DNA of 64,000 nucleotides from an archaeon (GTDB lineage Archaea; Nanobdellota; Nanobdellia; Pacearchaeales; GW2011-AR1): contig JAIORZ010000011.1 in the NCBI GenBank assembly GCA_021107855.1, positions 7,686 to 71,685 on the forward strand. Direction: 5' to 3'. Made by a program: the position numbers and the translations under genes. Numbering within the stretch: position 1 is the first letter of the stretch; each line of letters opens with the position of its first letter. Below the pieces are notes generated by a model that worked only from the letters and a program-made list of their open reading frames with translations, did no database searches and was not told where the DNA came from. This document shows, piece after piece, positions 36,186 through 45,285 of the stretch.

Positions 36186-36672
36186 AGACTCCTCCTTCCT
36201 TTTCTAATTTGAGTCTTACTCCTTCCCTAATAGTCCAATTTTCTGAATGTGTTTTTCCGGCGTTGGTGTCAAAAAAAGTCGCGGGTAAATCTAAATTGGT
36301 GCAGTGGTTGCAGACTGCATTATTTCCATCGTATGCGCAGAGGCAGATTATGCTGTTGCCCGATTTCTTTTTGGAGACAAAGGAGATTTTTTTCCAGTTA
36401 AAACTTATTGCTTTTCCAAAATAAACCATATAAGAATCGAGGTCTTCGATTCCATCATCTATCATAAAAAAGCCGGCTTCCCTTCCTTCATCAGCTTCTC
36501 CTATGGCTTCCTCGAGTTGCTTAAGGTAGGATTCTCCTTTTTCGTCTCCTTTGTCAAAGGCAGGGGCGAATATAGCGACCATTAGCCAAATCATTAGTGC
36601 GAGGACTGTGACGGCTAGGATGACTTTTACGCTTTCTTCGCTGAATAAATTTCCTTTTTTGTTCATCTGCAT
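36166..36672 (-). CDS. pilin-like protein (class III signal peptide)
   Basis: NKKG|NLFSEE followed by a hydrophobic helix; CLC...CNHC. Confidence 0.8.
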   Translation of the reverse strand: MQMNKKGNLFSEESVKVILAVTVLALMIWLMVAIFAPAFDKGDEKGESYLKQLEEAIGEADEGREAGFFMIDDGIEDLDSYMVYFGKAISFNWKKISFVSKKKSGNSIICLCAYDGNNAVCNHCTNLDLPATFFDTNAGKTHSENWTIREGVRLKLEKEGGVYEFSIR

Positions 36673-38501
36673 TTCTCCTGTAGAAGCTCTTTAACAATAC
36701 TCGCCACAAAAACTTCTCTAAAGTGATTTTCGTATAATTGGTAAGCATTTTTGTCCCCAACTCCAACCCATTCCTCATCAATCCATTTCGCGAGGGAAAC
36801 TGGGAAATATCTTATTTTGACTTTTCTAAAAGAGCCATCAATCCAGAATTCTAAATTGCTAAATGCTCTTCCTGTTCCGCTGTACTTTAATCCGTATTTT
36901 TCACCGTTGGATTCTAAAACTAAAACGGGTTTGTCGTTGGGTTTTTCTACATTAACGTTAAATGTTTTGCCGTCAATTTCAACTTCTTGAGGGACGCTGT
37001 TTAGTCTGTCAAAAATTTCTTCTGGCAGGGTGGCTTCTTCTAGTAGTTTTGTTTGTATCTCGATGATTGCTTTTTTTAGTCTGAGAATATTTTTATCGTT
37101 ATCGAGACCCTTTTTGGTTCCGTCTTCTTTCATTTTTTCATCTCTTAAAAAGTTAAGTACTAAGTTGAATCTCTTTTCGTATCTTTCATCTTCCTCGTGC
37201 ATCCCACCAGCGCCAAATCTCCATTCCCTCCAAACTTCATCTACGTTTCCTTTTCGCCTTAGGTTGATTTCTTCAATCATTTTAATCGCCATTTGTTTAT
37301 ACATGGCTTTATCGGCGTCGCTTGTTAGCTCTCCTGCTCCTCCGTAATCGTAGAGTGGGTCGTATTCTGTTCCAGTACTGATTTTGAGGTTCGCATAGGT
37401 TAGGGGATTTTTTGTGACAACACTAGGGTCAACGGTTCCAGCATCTTTCCTGTCTCCATGTGCTAGGAATCTCCATCCTTGTTCGATGTATCTTCCTAAA
37501 AATTTTTCTTCCTCTGGTGTCCAGTCGACTACTTCGTTCTTTAGGTGGGATTGGACTAATCCTTTTGTGATTTGGACGGGACCGTAGGCGGTAGATGTTG
37601 AGCCATGTACTTTGGTTCTAATCCATGGAGTGTAGCTCCAGGTGAATCTATCGGTTCTGTAATTATAGTTTGTTCCGTGTTCGGAGGCCATTAGTGCTTT
37701 GTAAATTTTGTCCGAAGAAAAGTAGAAATCTGCTCCTATCCTTTTATCTGAGAGAAGCATGTTGCCAATTTCGCTTCCTAAGAAGGAGCCCTTAAGGTAG
37801 GTTTCGTCTGGGCTTTCTGGCTCTTCTATTTTCCAAAAGACTTCGTCGTCCCACATATCATTTACTCCTTCTAGGAACTTGGCGATTGCTTCATCATTAT
37901 CGGTAAAAATTTCTCCTTCCTCTCCATCAACGCTAACAACCCACTGTCCGTTTGCCCAGGTTGCAGTGGTGGGCTTGTCCCATGGTCCTGAGCCGTCTCC
38001 GCTTAAGACGAATCGCCTAGTCTGCCCTTCGTCATATAGTTTTCTGGTTTCAGCATCTTCTAATAAAGTAACACCTTTGTGATAAATTTCCCAGTGTAAT
38101 TCGCTTGAATCAATGTCTCCGTCAATTAGGGCGCGGCATTCTTTCCAGCCGGTTATATCTATTTTTTCAAGGATTCCTCTGTTTAGTCTGTAACCTACTC
38201 CGGTCCAGGACAAATTGCAAAATCCGGGACAGATACCTAATGTGGCATCTGGGATTCTTAGTTTATTTAGAAATTCCTCTCCTCCTCCGATATCTGAAAT
38301 TTTAAATTCGTTGCAATTTTCTAAATCGAAGTCTTCGCCAAAAGAGCTTATGAAATAGATTGTGTCTTCCCATTGCTCTTTTAATTTTTCAATCAATGGG
38401 TTTAATCCTCCCGTAATTGCTCCGAAGAGAATAATTAAAACGACGATTGCTAAAACGAAAACAATCACTTTTCTAAGAGATAATTCTCCGTTTTTTATCA
38501 T
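36663..38501 (-). CDS. large pilin-like protein with putative lysozyme/lytic transglycosylase-like domain
   Basis: KNG|ELSL signal; internal ALMASEH...STAYGPVQIT...GNVDEVWREWRFG. Confidence 0.65.
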   Translation of the reverse strand: MIKNGELSLRKVIVFVLAIVVLIILFGAITGGLNPLIEKLKEQWEDTIYFISSFGEDFDLENCNEFKISDIGGGEEFLNKLRIPDATLGICPGFCNLSWTGVGYRLNRGILEKIDITGWKECRALIDGDIDSSELHWEIYHKGVTLLEDAETRKLYDEGQTRRFVLSGDGSGPWDKPTTATWANGQWVVSVDGEEGEIFTDNDEAIAKFLEGVNDMWDDEVFWKIEEPESPDETYLKGSFLGSEIGNMLLSDKRIGADFYFSSDKIYKALMASEHGTNYNYRTDRFTWSYTPWIRTKVHGSTSTAYGPVQITKGLVQSHLKNEVVDWTPEEEKFLGRYIEQGWRFLAHGDRKDAGTVDPSVVTKNPLTYANLKISTGTEYDPLYDYGGAGELTSDADKAMYKQMAIKMIEEINLRRKGNVDEVWREWRFGAGGMHEEDERYEKRFNLVLNFLRDEKMKEDGTKKGLDNDKNILRLKKAIIEIQTKLLEEATLPEEIFDRLNSVPQEVEIDGKTFNVNVEKPNDKPVLVLESNGEKYGLKYSGTGRAFSNLEFWIDGSFRKVKIRYFPVSLAKWIDEEWVGVGDKNAYQLYENHFREVFVASIVKELLQEKCR

Positions 38502-38635
38502 CTTCCAAATCTCATTAAATTTTTAATCGACCCGAGTAAATCACCACCACCACCGAAGAAATAAATTGTTGCTCCAATCATGACAACTAAAACAGCTACA
38601 AAAATTATAATTTTAATGAGTTCCTCTATTTCCAT
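38498..38635 (-). CDS. Flp-sized mini-pilin-like protein (45 aa, not in ORF track)
   Basis: MEIEELIKIIIFVAVLVVMIGATIYFFGGGGDLLGSIKNLMRFGR; ATGA overlap with the next gene. Confidence 0.7.
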   Translation of the reverse strand: MEIEELIKIIIFVAVLVVMIGATIYFFGGGGDLLGSIKNLMRFGR

Positions 38636-38675
38636 GTTAATAAAGTGTTGGACTAATTAATAAAGATTGCTAAAA

Positions 38676-39056
38676 TTAGCAAAGACTCGGGCAGCTATCG
38701 ACATTTACGCCAGGGTATTTGGTCGAATCAGTCATGTCTTTGCAGGTTCCGGGGGAAGATTCGACATCCTCTGAAATGGCTGTTCCATCCCATGCCTTAA
38801 CTCCTTTCCCATATTTTACAGTTCTTTCCTCTTGACAAAATCCGTATGTATCTCCCGTTGAACATCTTAATGCACAAGCTTGTACAATCGTGTTGACGTT
38901 ATTGTCTGTGCCCCCAAAAGACGTTACTTTGCTCCATAAATTATTCCATCCCGTGGAAAACCCGAAAATTAAGAATACTAAAACTGCGATACCTAAGACG
39001 ATTGTGATAATTGTTCCTAGCGCCATTTCTTGGCCGCGCTTGTCCATCCTCTTCAT
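38676..39056 (-). CDS. pilin-like protein, candidate major pilin
   Basis: DKRG|QEMALGTII followed by a hydrophobic helix; own TATA element; six Cys. Confidence 0.82.
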   Translation of the reverse strand: MKRMDKRGQEMALGTIITIVLGIAVLVFLIFGFSTGWNNLWSKVTSFGGTDNNVNTIVQACALRCSTGDTYGFCQEERTVKYGKGVKAWDGTAISEDVESSPGTCKDMTDSTKYPGVNVDSCPSLC

Positions 39057-39106
39057 ATAGGTCTAACAATTCTCTTATTTATAAAACTTCTCATCTTGAA
39101 TTTTGT

Positions 39107-41281
39107 TTAGGTTAGTCCGGCTAGGGCGACGGAGCCGATTACTGTTAATCCGATGATGGAACCTGCGGCGATAATCGTGTATAAAATCATTGTTACTTTT
39201 AGGTTTTTCCCGGTTTCTGCTGTGGTTTGCAATAAATCCCTTCCGCTTTTAATTGTTACGAGAGTGGATGTTAGGATGAAAACGACTTGGATTAAGTAGA
39301 CTCCTATGACAATTTGTAGCCAATAGGTTGGAATCATTTTTGTAATGTCGAAGATGGATAAGATTCCTGAGATTCCTCCGGCTCCTAATTCTGCGCCCAT
39401 TCCTCCTCCCTCGAACATTGCGCTCAGGCTTCCTAGAATTGTCGTAATCATTCCGGATAGCCCGACGATAATTCCGGATAGTAAGGGTGCCAGAAAGGTC
39501 ATGTTTGATTTCATGTCTGAGATAATGTTGGCTAGTAAATCGTTTAGTCTCGCGTCAATTTTTTTGATATTTTTAACGTAATCGCTGATTGCCATCAGGC
39601 TTCGGGCTGCGACCTTTAGTCCCTTTTTGGCTGATTCTATTAAAATTTTCATGGAGGTTGCGACTAATTGGCTTGGGTAAAAGGTGACGGCACCTCTTTT
39701 GGGGTCGAAGAGTGCTCTTTCTAAATTCATGCCGAGTCTTCCGATGTTTTCGTTGACGATTCTGAAGAAGCCCTCGGTTGCGGTTCCTTTCACGGAGCCA
39801 GCGACTTTTGAGAAGGCGATTTCTGCTGGGGAGCCGTCGCCGATACGGTTTCCTAACTGGAATAATGAGGATGTGAATTCTTTTTCAATGTCTTTGTATT
39901 TGTTTCTCATTTCTATGATTTCGTGGGTTTTTTCTTTAGCGGCTACGATGAAAATGATGGCGATTCCAGCTGGGATTGCGAGGCTCAAGAGTAGTGCGCC
40001 TGACCCGAACGGTCCGGATAGAGCTCCGGCAGAATCTTCTAGAATTCCGAATATTCCTCCGTTGCCTAAGAAGCCTAATCCTATTTGTGACCAGGCATAA
40101 TCTCGGGATGTGTCTAGCCAAATTGGGACGGGGGTGTATCGCCAGAGGAAGGGAATTAGTCCGATGAGGAAGAGTGGTGAGGCTAGGAAAAATCCTTTCC
40201 AGTATCCGGCGTTGCTGGCGTATTTTGGGTAGAGTGGATTTTTTTCTAGCAGGTCACTTTCCCCGTAGCCACCGGGGCGTCTCATCATGACATTTCCTGT
40301 CATATAGACAACCATCATCGGGATAATGATATTAAAAATCAAAAGTACGTGGTACCATCTAATTGCTCCGCCAAGCATTGTGGAGGCGAGGGGTAGGATT
40401 GCTAGGGCTAGTGTTGGTAGGACGATGCCGAGCATGTAAACATTGGTTAGCGGTGCTTTTGCCTCGTGTGTGTATTTCAACATCTTGTCGTAAACTCCGT
40501 CTAAAATAACTTGTAAACTTTTTTCTAAAACTTGTATCCTCCGTGATTCGCTTGGCTCGAATAAACTCGACTCGATTAAATGGAACGCTTCGATAAATTC
40601 CATACTGTAATCTCGCCATCTTTCTAGATAGTGGTCGACGCTTTCTTTAATGGTTGAAAATCGTCCGACCTCAACATCCCAGAAAATTTTTCTAAAGTCT
40701 AGGCTTAATGGTTCGGATAAATGTTCTGCCGCAAAACTCATGGCTTTTTCGAAGTTGCTTGTGTGTTTCATGTAAATTACGATATACAAAATTGCCGGAA
40801 CCATTTGACTTGAGGCTTTTAACCGCCATTTAATCGCCAATCGTTCCGGGGTTTTGGATGCGTAAAAGAATGTGAAGATTCCTAAAATGAAAATTAGGAA
40901 TAGGAACATTAGGGAGAATGCTCCGGTTAATAGCCAGATGGCCGTGAAAAGTAGGCTTCCTCCGAATAAAATTCCGAACATTAATGCTGTTGCGAGGACT
41001 ACAACTTCGCCTGGTGTTACGTTTAAGTGTGCGATGTCGATTGCCCGTTGGATTCGGGCATTGTCTTTTTCTCCCACCTTCATTTTTATGAAATTTCCAA
41101 AGGTTTTACACCATTTTTCATATCGGGAGAATTCTGGTATCATTGACCCTTTAAATTTTGCATAACTTTTTGAGAATTTTTGTGTTTCGCTGGAAGTGCT
41201 ATGACTACCCATCTGTTTTTTAATCCGTGCTCCATATTTTTTTAAAATATCGTCTGTGCTAGGCGCCTCTTTTTTTGCCAT
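39107..41281 (-). CDS. pilus membrane platform protein (fused TadB/TadC, T2SSF-like)
   Basis: Two T2SSF-like repeats with TM clusters; adjacent to pilins; start MAKKE. Confidence 0.82.
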   Translation of the reverse strand: MAKKEAPSTDDILKKYGARIKKQMGSHSTSSETQKFSKSYAKFKGSMIPEFSRYEKWCKTFGNFIKMKVGEKDNARIQRAIDIAHLNVTPGEVVVLATALMFGILFGGSLLFTAIWLLTGAFSLMFLFLIFILGIFTFFYASKTPERLAIKWRLKASSQMVPAILYIVIYMKHTSNFEKAMSFAAEHLSEPLSLDFRKIFWDVEVGRFSTIKESVDHYLERWRDYSMEFIEAFHLIESSLFEPSESRRIQVLEKSLQVILDGVYDKMLKYTHEAKAPLTNVYMLGIVLPTLALAILPLASTMLGGAIRWYHVLLIFNIIIPMMVVYMTGNVMMRRPGGYGESDLLEKNPLYPKYASNAGYWKGFFLASPLFLIGLIPFLWRYTPVPIWLDTSRDYAWSQIGLGFLGNGGIFGILEDSAGALSGPFGSGALLLSLAIPAGIAIIFIVAAKEKTHEIIEMRNKYKDIEKEFTSSLFQLGNRIGDGSPAEIAFSKVAGSVKGTATEGFFRIVNENIGRLGMNLERALFDPKRGAVTFYPSQLVATSMKILIESAKKGLKVAARSLMAISDYVKNIKKIDARLNDLLANIISDMKSNMTFLAPLLSGIIVGLSGMITTILGSLSAMFEGGGMGAELGAGGISGILSIFDITKMIPTYWLQIVIGVYLIQVVFILTSTLVTIKSGRDLLQTTAETGKNLKVTMILYTIIAAGSIIGLTVIGSVALAGLT

Positions 41282-41371
41282 AGGTACTATTATAGTTATT
41301 GTTGAATAGCTATTTAAATTCATCCAAATTTTAAGAAAGTTTTATTAAGTTTTCATTTCATTTCATTTCAA

Positions 41372-41974
41372 ATGGAATCGAATAAGAAATCGAGTGAATT
41401 TAATTTTTTGGAGGCGGCGATGGTGAAGCGGACGGAGTTGTTTAGGGAGTGTACTAATATTGTTGTTGGAAAGGGGAATTTGAATGCGGATATTTTGTTT
41501 GTCGGTGAGGCGCCTGGTCGGAACGAGGATTTGCAGGGTGTGGCTTTTGTTGGGGCGGCTGGGAAGAATTTGGATAAATTGTTATTGAGTGTTGGGCTAA
41601 GTTTGGATGATGTTTATATTGCGAATATTTTGAAGTGTCGACCGCCTGAAAATCGTGACCCGTTACCGGAGGAGATTGTTGCGCATACGCCTTGGTTGTT
41701 GAAACAGATTCGGGAGATGAAGCCGAAAGTTGTTTGTTCGCTTGGGAATTATGCGACGAAGTTTTTTTTGGCTGGGGGGGATGTTGAGGGGATGAAAAGT
41801 CAGCTGGGGATTACGCAGGTTCATGGAGTTGTTAGAGAGATTGAGATGGAAGGAGTGGGATTTAAATTGATTCCTTTATTTCATCCGGCTGCGATTATTT
41901 ATAATAGGACGAAGTTGACGCCGTTATGGGAGGCTGATATGGAAGTTGTGAAGAGAGAAGTTAGCGCCGTTTAA
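41372..41974 (+). CDS. udg: uracil-DNA glycosylase family 4
   Basis: GEAPG, FVGAAG, NILKCRPP.NRDP, HPAA. Confidence 0.92.
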   Translation: MESNKKSSEFNFLEAAMVKRTELFRECTNIVVGKGNLNADILFVGEAPGRNEDLQGVAFVGAAGKNLDKLLLSVGLSLDDVYIANILKCRPPENRDPLPEEIVAHTPWLLKQIREMKPKVVCSLGNYATKFFLAGGDVEGMKSQLGITQVHGVVREIEMEGVGFKLIPLFHPAAIIYNRTKLTPLWEADMEVVKREVSAV

Positions 41975-42107
41975 ACGGGGCTGACCTTGGTGGTGCGTTT
42001 CTGATTTTTGAGAAGGTGTAGTGAGCGGAGTTTGTTTCTTTTGAGCATTTATCACAGGTGTCTTTGAGGGTGTAGGTTTTGCAGGTTGGGCATTTTTTGA
42101 GGTGCAT
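41961..42107 (-). CDS. nop10: Nop10-like Zn-ribbon protein (48 aa, not in ORF track)
   Basis: MHLKKCPTCKTYTLKDTCDKC..T.SAH; conserved position after aIF2-alpha. Confidence 0.8.
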   Translation of the reverse strand: MHLKKCPTCKTYTLKDTCDKCSKETNSAHYTFSKIRNAPPRSAPFKRR

Positions 42108-42190
42108 TGATTTCTTTCTCTTTAGAAAAGAGAAATTTCTCGCAAGTAGAGAAACTTAGATTCCAAAACTGCGTTTTGATTTAATTTCAT
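42105..42190 (-). repeat. dispersed structured repeat family A, copy 3 (mini-ORF MKLNQNAVLESKFLYLREISLF, 42122-42190)
   Basis: Near-identical to 12119-12203. Confidence 0.9.
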
Positions 42191-42191
42191 A

Positions 42192-42896
42192 TTACTTATC
42201 TTCGGTTGCGTGGAATTCGCAGTTGTTTTCTTTTGCTCGTTTTTCTAATTCTTCTAGAATATCTACCATTTCTTTTTTGCCTTGCTTAAAGTCTTTTACG
42301 GTTAGTTTTAAGGAAAAGTTTCCTGCGGAGATGTAGGTTACTTTTACGTCGTCGTTTTTTAGGTCGAAGATTTTTTTGATTCGGGTTAGTCCATCGTCTT
42401 CTAGACATTTGATTTTTATGTTTTGGCGAAGTTGCTCGTTTTTTCTTTTTTTGTTGATGATTTTTTCTATTGCTGTTTGTTTCTCTTTTGGGATGTATTT
42501 TTGAAGGAGTTCTGGGGCTGTTCGAACTTCTGTCGTGAATTCGTAGAGGGTGTCAAAATCGTTTAGTATTTTCTTTTTGATTTTTTCTTCATCTTCTTTT
42601 AGAATTTGTTTAAAGGATACGTTGATTGATTGGGATTGTTTGAATTTTTGTAGCACTTCTTTTTTTTCTTTTGAGTTTACTCTTCTGAGGGAGAGGTGTG
42701 CGTGGTTGCCTTCGATTCTTAGGACTTTGCAGACGACTTGTTTATTTGGGACGACGTATTGCCTCATTAGTTTTATTCGTCCTGCGGCGATTTCGGATGA
42801 GATGATTGTGCCTTCTTGTCCGTTTGGCATTTCTACGAATGTGATTGTGTTTGTTACTTCTTTGACTTTGCAGAGTATTAGGTCTCCTTCATTCAT
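42192..42896 (-). CDS. eif2a: translation initiation factor aIF2 alpha
   Basis: S1 domain (SEIAAGRI, VCKVLRI, LSLRRV), DGL..IK, YISAG. Confidence 0.88.
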   Translation of the reverse strand: MNEGDLILCKVKEVTNTITFVEMPNGQEGTIISSEIAAGRIKLMRQYVVPNKQVVCKVLRIEGNHAHLSLRRVNSKEKKEVLQKFKQSQSINVSFKQILKEDEEKIKKKILNDFDTLYEFTTEVRTAPELLQKYIPKEKQTAIEKIINKKRKNEQLRQNIKIKCLEDDGLTRIKKIFDLKNDDVKVTYISAGNFSLKLTVKDFKQGKKEMVDILEELEKRAKENNCEFHATEDK

Positions 42897-42965
42897 TTTA
42901 TTTTTAAGAAATTTGGTTATTTAAGGTTTGGTGTATAGTTGATGTAGAGGGTGTTTCATGCGGGA

Positions 42966-43298
42966 CTATTGTTTATTATTTAGGTAGACTCCTTTCCTGG
43001 TCATGACAAATCCGTGTCCTTGCGCTAAATTTTCTAATCCTTTTTGTTGTCTTTCTATCTCTTCTGAGTTAGGATTCCCTTCAATTATTTCGTATAAATT
43101 GGGAAGGTAATTTTCTGAATCTGACAAAGCTGCCATTTTTCCAGAAAACTCTTTTTCTTGGGCGGCTTGATTAATCATTTTGAAGACAATCCTATTCAGT
43201 TCCCAGTATCTAATTCCGATTCTAGTTCCTTCTTCTTTTCCCTCACGATAGGACTCTTTTCTTATTTGGGCATCTTTTGCTCTTTCATCTTCTGCCAT
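42966..43298 (-). CDS. hypothetical protein
   Basis: 110-aa ORF between S27e and aIF2-alpha with its own TATA element. Confidence 0.6.
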   Translation of the reverse strand: MAEDERAKDAQIRKESYREGKEEGTRIGIRYWELNRIVFKMINQAAQEKEFSGKMAALSDSENYLPNLYEIIEGNPNSEEIERQQKGLENLAQGHGFVMTRKGVYLNNKQ

Positions 43299-43365
43299 AC
43301 TTCAATAATTTAAATTTAATTTATAAAAATATGTATGAGGGAAGATATATATCCGATTGGATGTC

Positions 43366-43536
43366 CTATAAGACTTCTTCAACTTTGGCTCGGATTTTCG
43401 CTTTGCCTGCGGATGGTAGAGCTAGAACTGTTTTGCATCCTAGGCATCTGACTTTAGTGGAGGCTTTTCCGAAAATGGTTTGCGTTTCTTTGCATTTTGA
43501 GCATTTTACCCTTATGAATTTTCCTTTTTGTTCCAT
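43366..43536 (-). CDS. rps27e: 30S ribosomal protein S27e (not in ORF track)
   Basis: MEQKGKFIRVKCSKCKETQTIFGKASTKVRCLGCKTVLALPSAGKAKIRAKVEEVL. Confidence 0.95.
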   Translation of the reverse strand: MEQKGKFIRVKCSKCKETQTIFGKASTKVRCLGCKTVLALPSAGKAKIRAKVEEVL

Positions 43537-43691
43537 GTAAATTTGTGAGGGTTTTGGTTTTTAAGAGTTTCGGATGCTCTTAAAAACCAAGGTTTTTACC
43601 CAGTAGGTGATCTGGTGATCTAAGTGTTTTTGGGGTGAAATATATTCTGGAGTATAATATTATTTAAAAGGAATTTTTGATGATGGGGTGT

Positions 43692-45284
43692 ATGCAGAGG
43701 AAATATATTGTGGTGACTGGGGGTGTTCTTTCGGGGCTTGGTAAGGGAATTGCTATGGCGAGTATGGGGAATATTTTGTCGTCGTCGTATAAGGTTGTTC
43801 CGATTAAATGCGATGGTTATTTGAATGTGGACCCCGGGACGATGAATCCGATTGAGCATGGGGAAGTTTTTGTTTTGGACGATGGGGGTGAGGTTGATAT
43901 GGACTTTGGGCATTATGAGAGGTTTTTGGGAGTGAGTTGTAAGTTCGATTGGAATTTGACGATGGGGCGTGTTTTTGATGAGATTAGGAAGAAGGAGAGG
44001 CGGGGGGATTATTTGGGGAAAACGGTTCAGATGATTCCACATGTTTCGAATTTTATTAAGGAGCATATTTTGAAGGTTGGGAGGGAGAGCGAGGCTGATG
44101 TTGTTTTGGTTGAGATTGGTGGGACGATTGGGGATATTGAGAATGAGTTGTATTTGGATGCGGTTCGGAGTTTGGCGAGAAAGGTGGGTCGGGATGATAT
44201 TTTGTTTGTTCATTTAACTTATGTGCCGATTCCTCATGGTGTTGACGAGCAGAAGTCGAAGCCGACGCAACAGAGTGTGAATTTGCTTCGGCATCGGGGG
44301 CTTGAGCCGGATATTGTTATTGCGAGGTGCAGTGAGATGTTGACTGATAAGATTCGTCGGAAGATTGCGAAGTTTGGGAATTTGGATGCGGAGAATATTA
44401 TTACGGGGATTGATGTTGATGATGTTTATAAGATTCCACTTAGTTTTGAGGAGCAGGGTTTGTCGCAGTTGGTTGCTCGGAGGTTGAATATGTCGATTAG
44501 TGTTGATTTGTCTGAGTGGAGGGCTTTGATTAAGAAGAAAGAGGAAGCTACTGAGGAGATTGTTGTGGGGATTGCTGGGAAGTATACTTCTTTGGAGGAT
44601 TCTTATGCGAGTATTGTCGAGGCTTTGAAACATTGTGAGGCGAATCTTGGGGTGAGGGTTGGGATTAAGTGGATTGACACGGAGAAGGGTGGGCTTGATG
44701 TTTTGGATGAGGTTGATGGGGTTATTGTTCCTGGTGGTTTTGGTTCGCGTGGGACTGAAGGGAAGATTGATATCATAAGTTATTGTCGTAAGAATGATAT
44801 TCCGTTTTTGGGGCTTTGTTACGGGTTGCAGATGGCTGTGATTGAGTTTGCTCGGAATGTTTGTGGCCTGAAGGGTGCTAATACGACGGAGGTTGATAAG
44901 GGGTGTGTTCACCCGGTTATTGATATTTTGGAGGAGCAGAAAGGCGTTAAGGATAAGGGTGGGACCATGAGACTTGGGGCGCACAGGGCTTTTATTAAGG
45001 AGGGGTCGAAGGTGTTTGATTTGTATGGGAGTGATGAGGTTTCTGAGAGGCATCGGCATAGGTTTGAGGTGAATCCGGCTTATCATGAGGCGCTGGAGGG
45101 GAAGGGTTTGGTTTTGTCTGGGATTTCGCCTGATGGGAAGTTGGTTGAGTTTATTGAACTTAATGACCATCCTTATTTTGTTGCGACGCAGGCTCATCCG
45201 GAGTTGAAGAGTTCGTTGTTGGCACCGGCTCCACTTTTTGAGGGATTTGTTAAAGCGATGGTTGGACAGAAGGATAGAGAGTAG
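43692..45284 (+). CDS. pyrG: CTP synthase
   Basis: GGVLSGLGKG, KSKPTQ, GLCYG, ERHRHRFE, QAHPE. Confidence 0.97.
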   Translation: MQRKYIVVTGGVLSGLGKGIAMASMGNILSSSYKVVPIKCDGYLNVDPGTMNPIEHGEVFVLDDGGEVDMDFGHYERFLGVSCKFDWNLTMGRVFDEIRKKERRGDYLGKTVQMIPHVSNFIKEHILKVGRESEADVVLVEIGGTIGDIENELYLDAVRSLARKVGRDDILFVHLTYVPIPHGVDEQKSKPTQQSVNLLRHRGLEPDIVIARCSEMLTDKIRRKIAKFGNLDAENIITGIDVDDVYKIPLSFEEQGLSQLVARRLNMSISVDLSEWRALIKKKEEATEEIVVGIAGKYTSLEDSYASIVEALKHCEANLGVRVGIKWIDTEKGGLDVLDEVDGVIVPGGFGSRGTEGKIDIISYCRKNDIPFLGLCYGLQMAVIEFARNVCGLKGANTTEVDKGCVHPVIDILEEQKGVKDKGGTMRLGAHRAFIKEGSKVFDLYGSDEVSERHRHRFEVNPAYHEALEGKGLVLSGISPDGKLVEFIELNDHPYFVATQAHPELKSSLLAPAPLFEGFVKAMVGQKDRE

Positions 45285-45285
45285 A

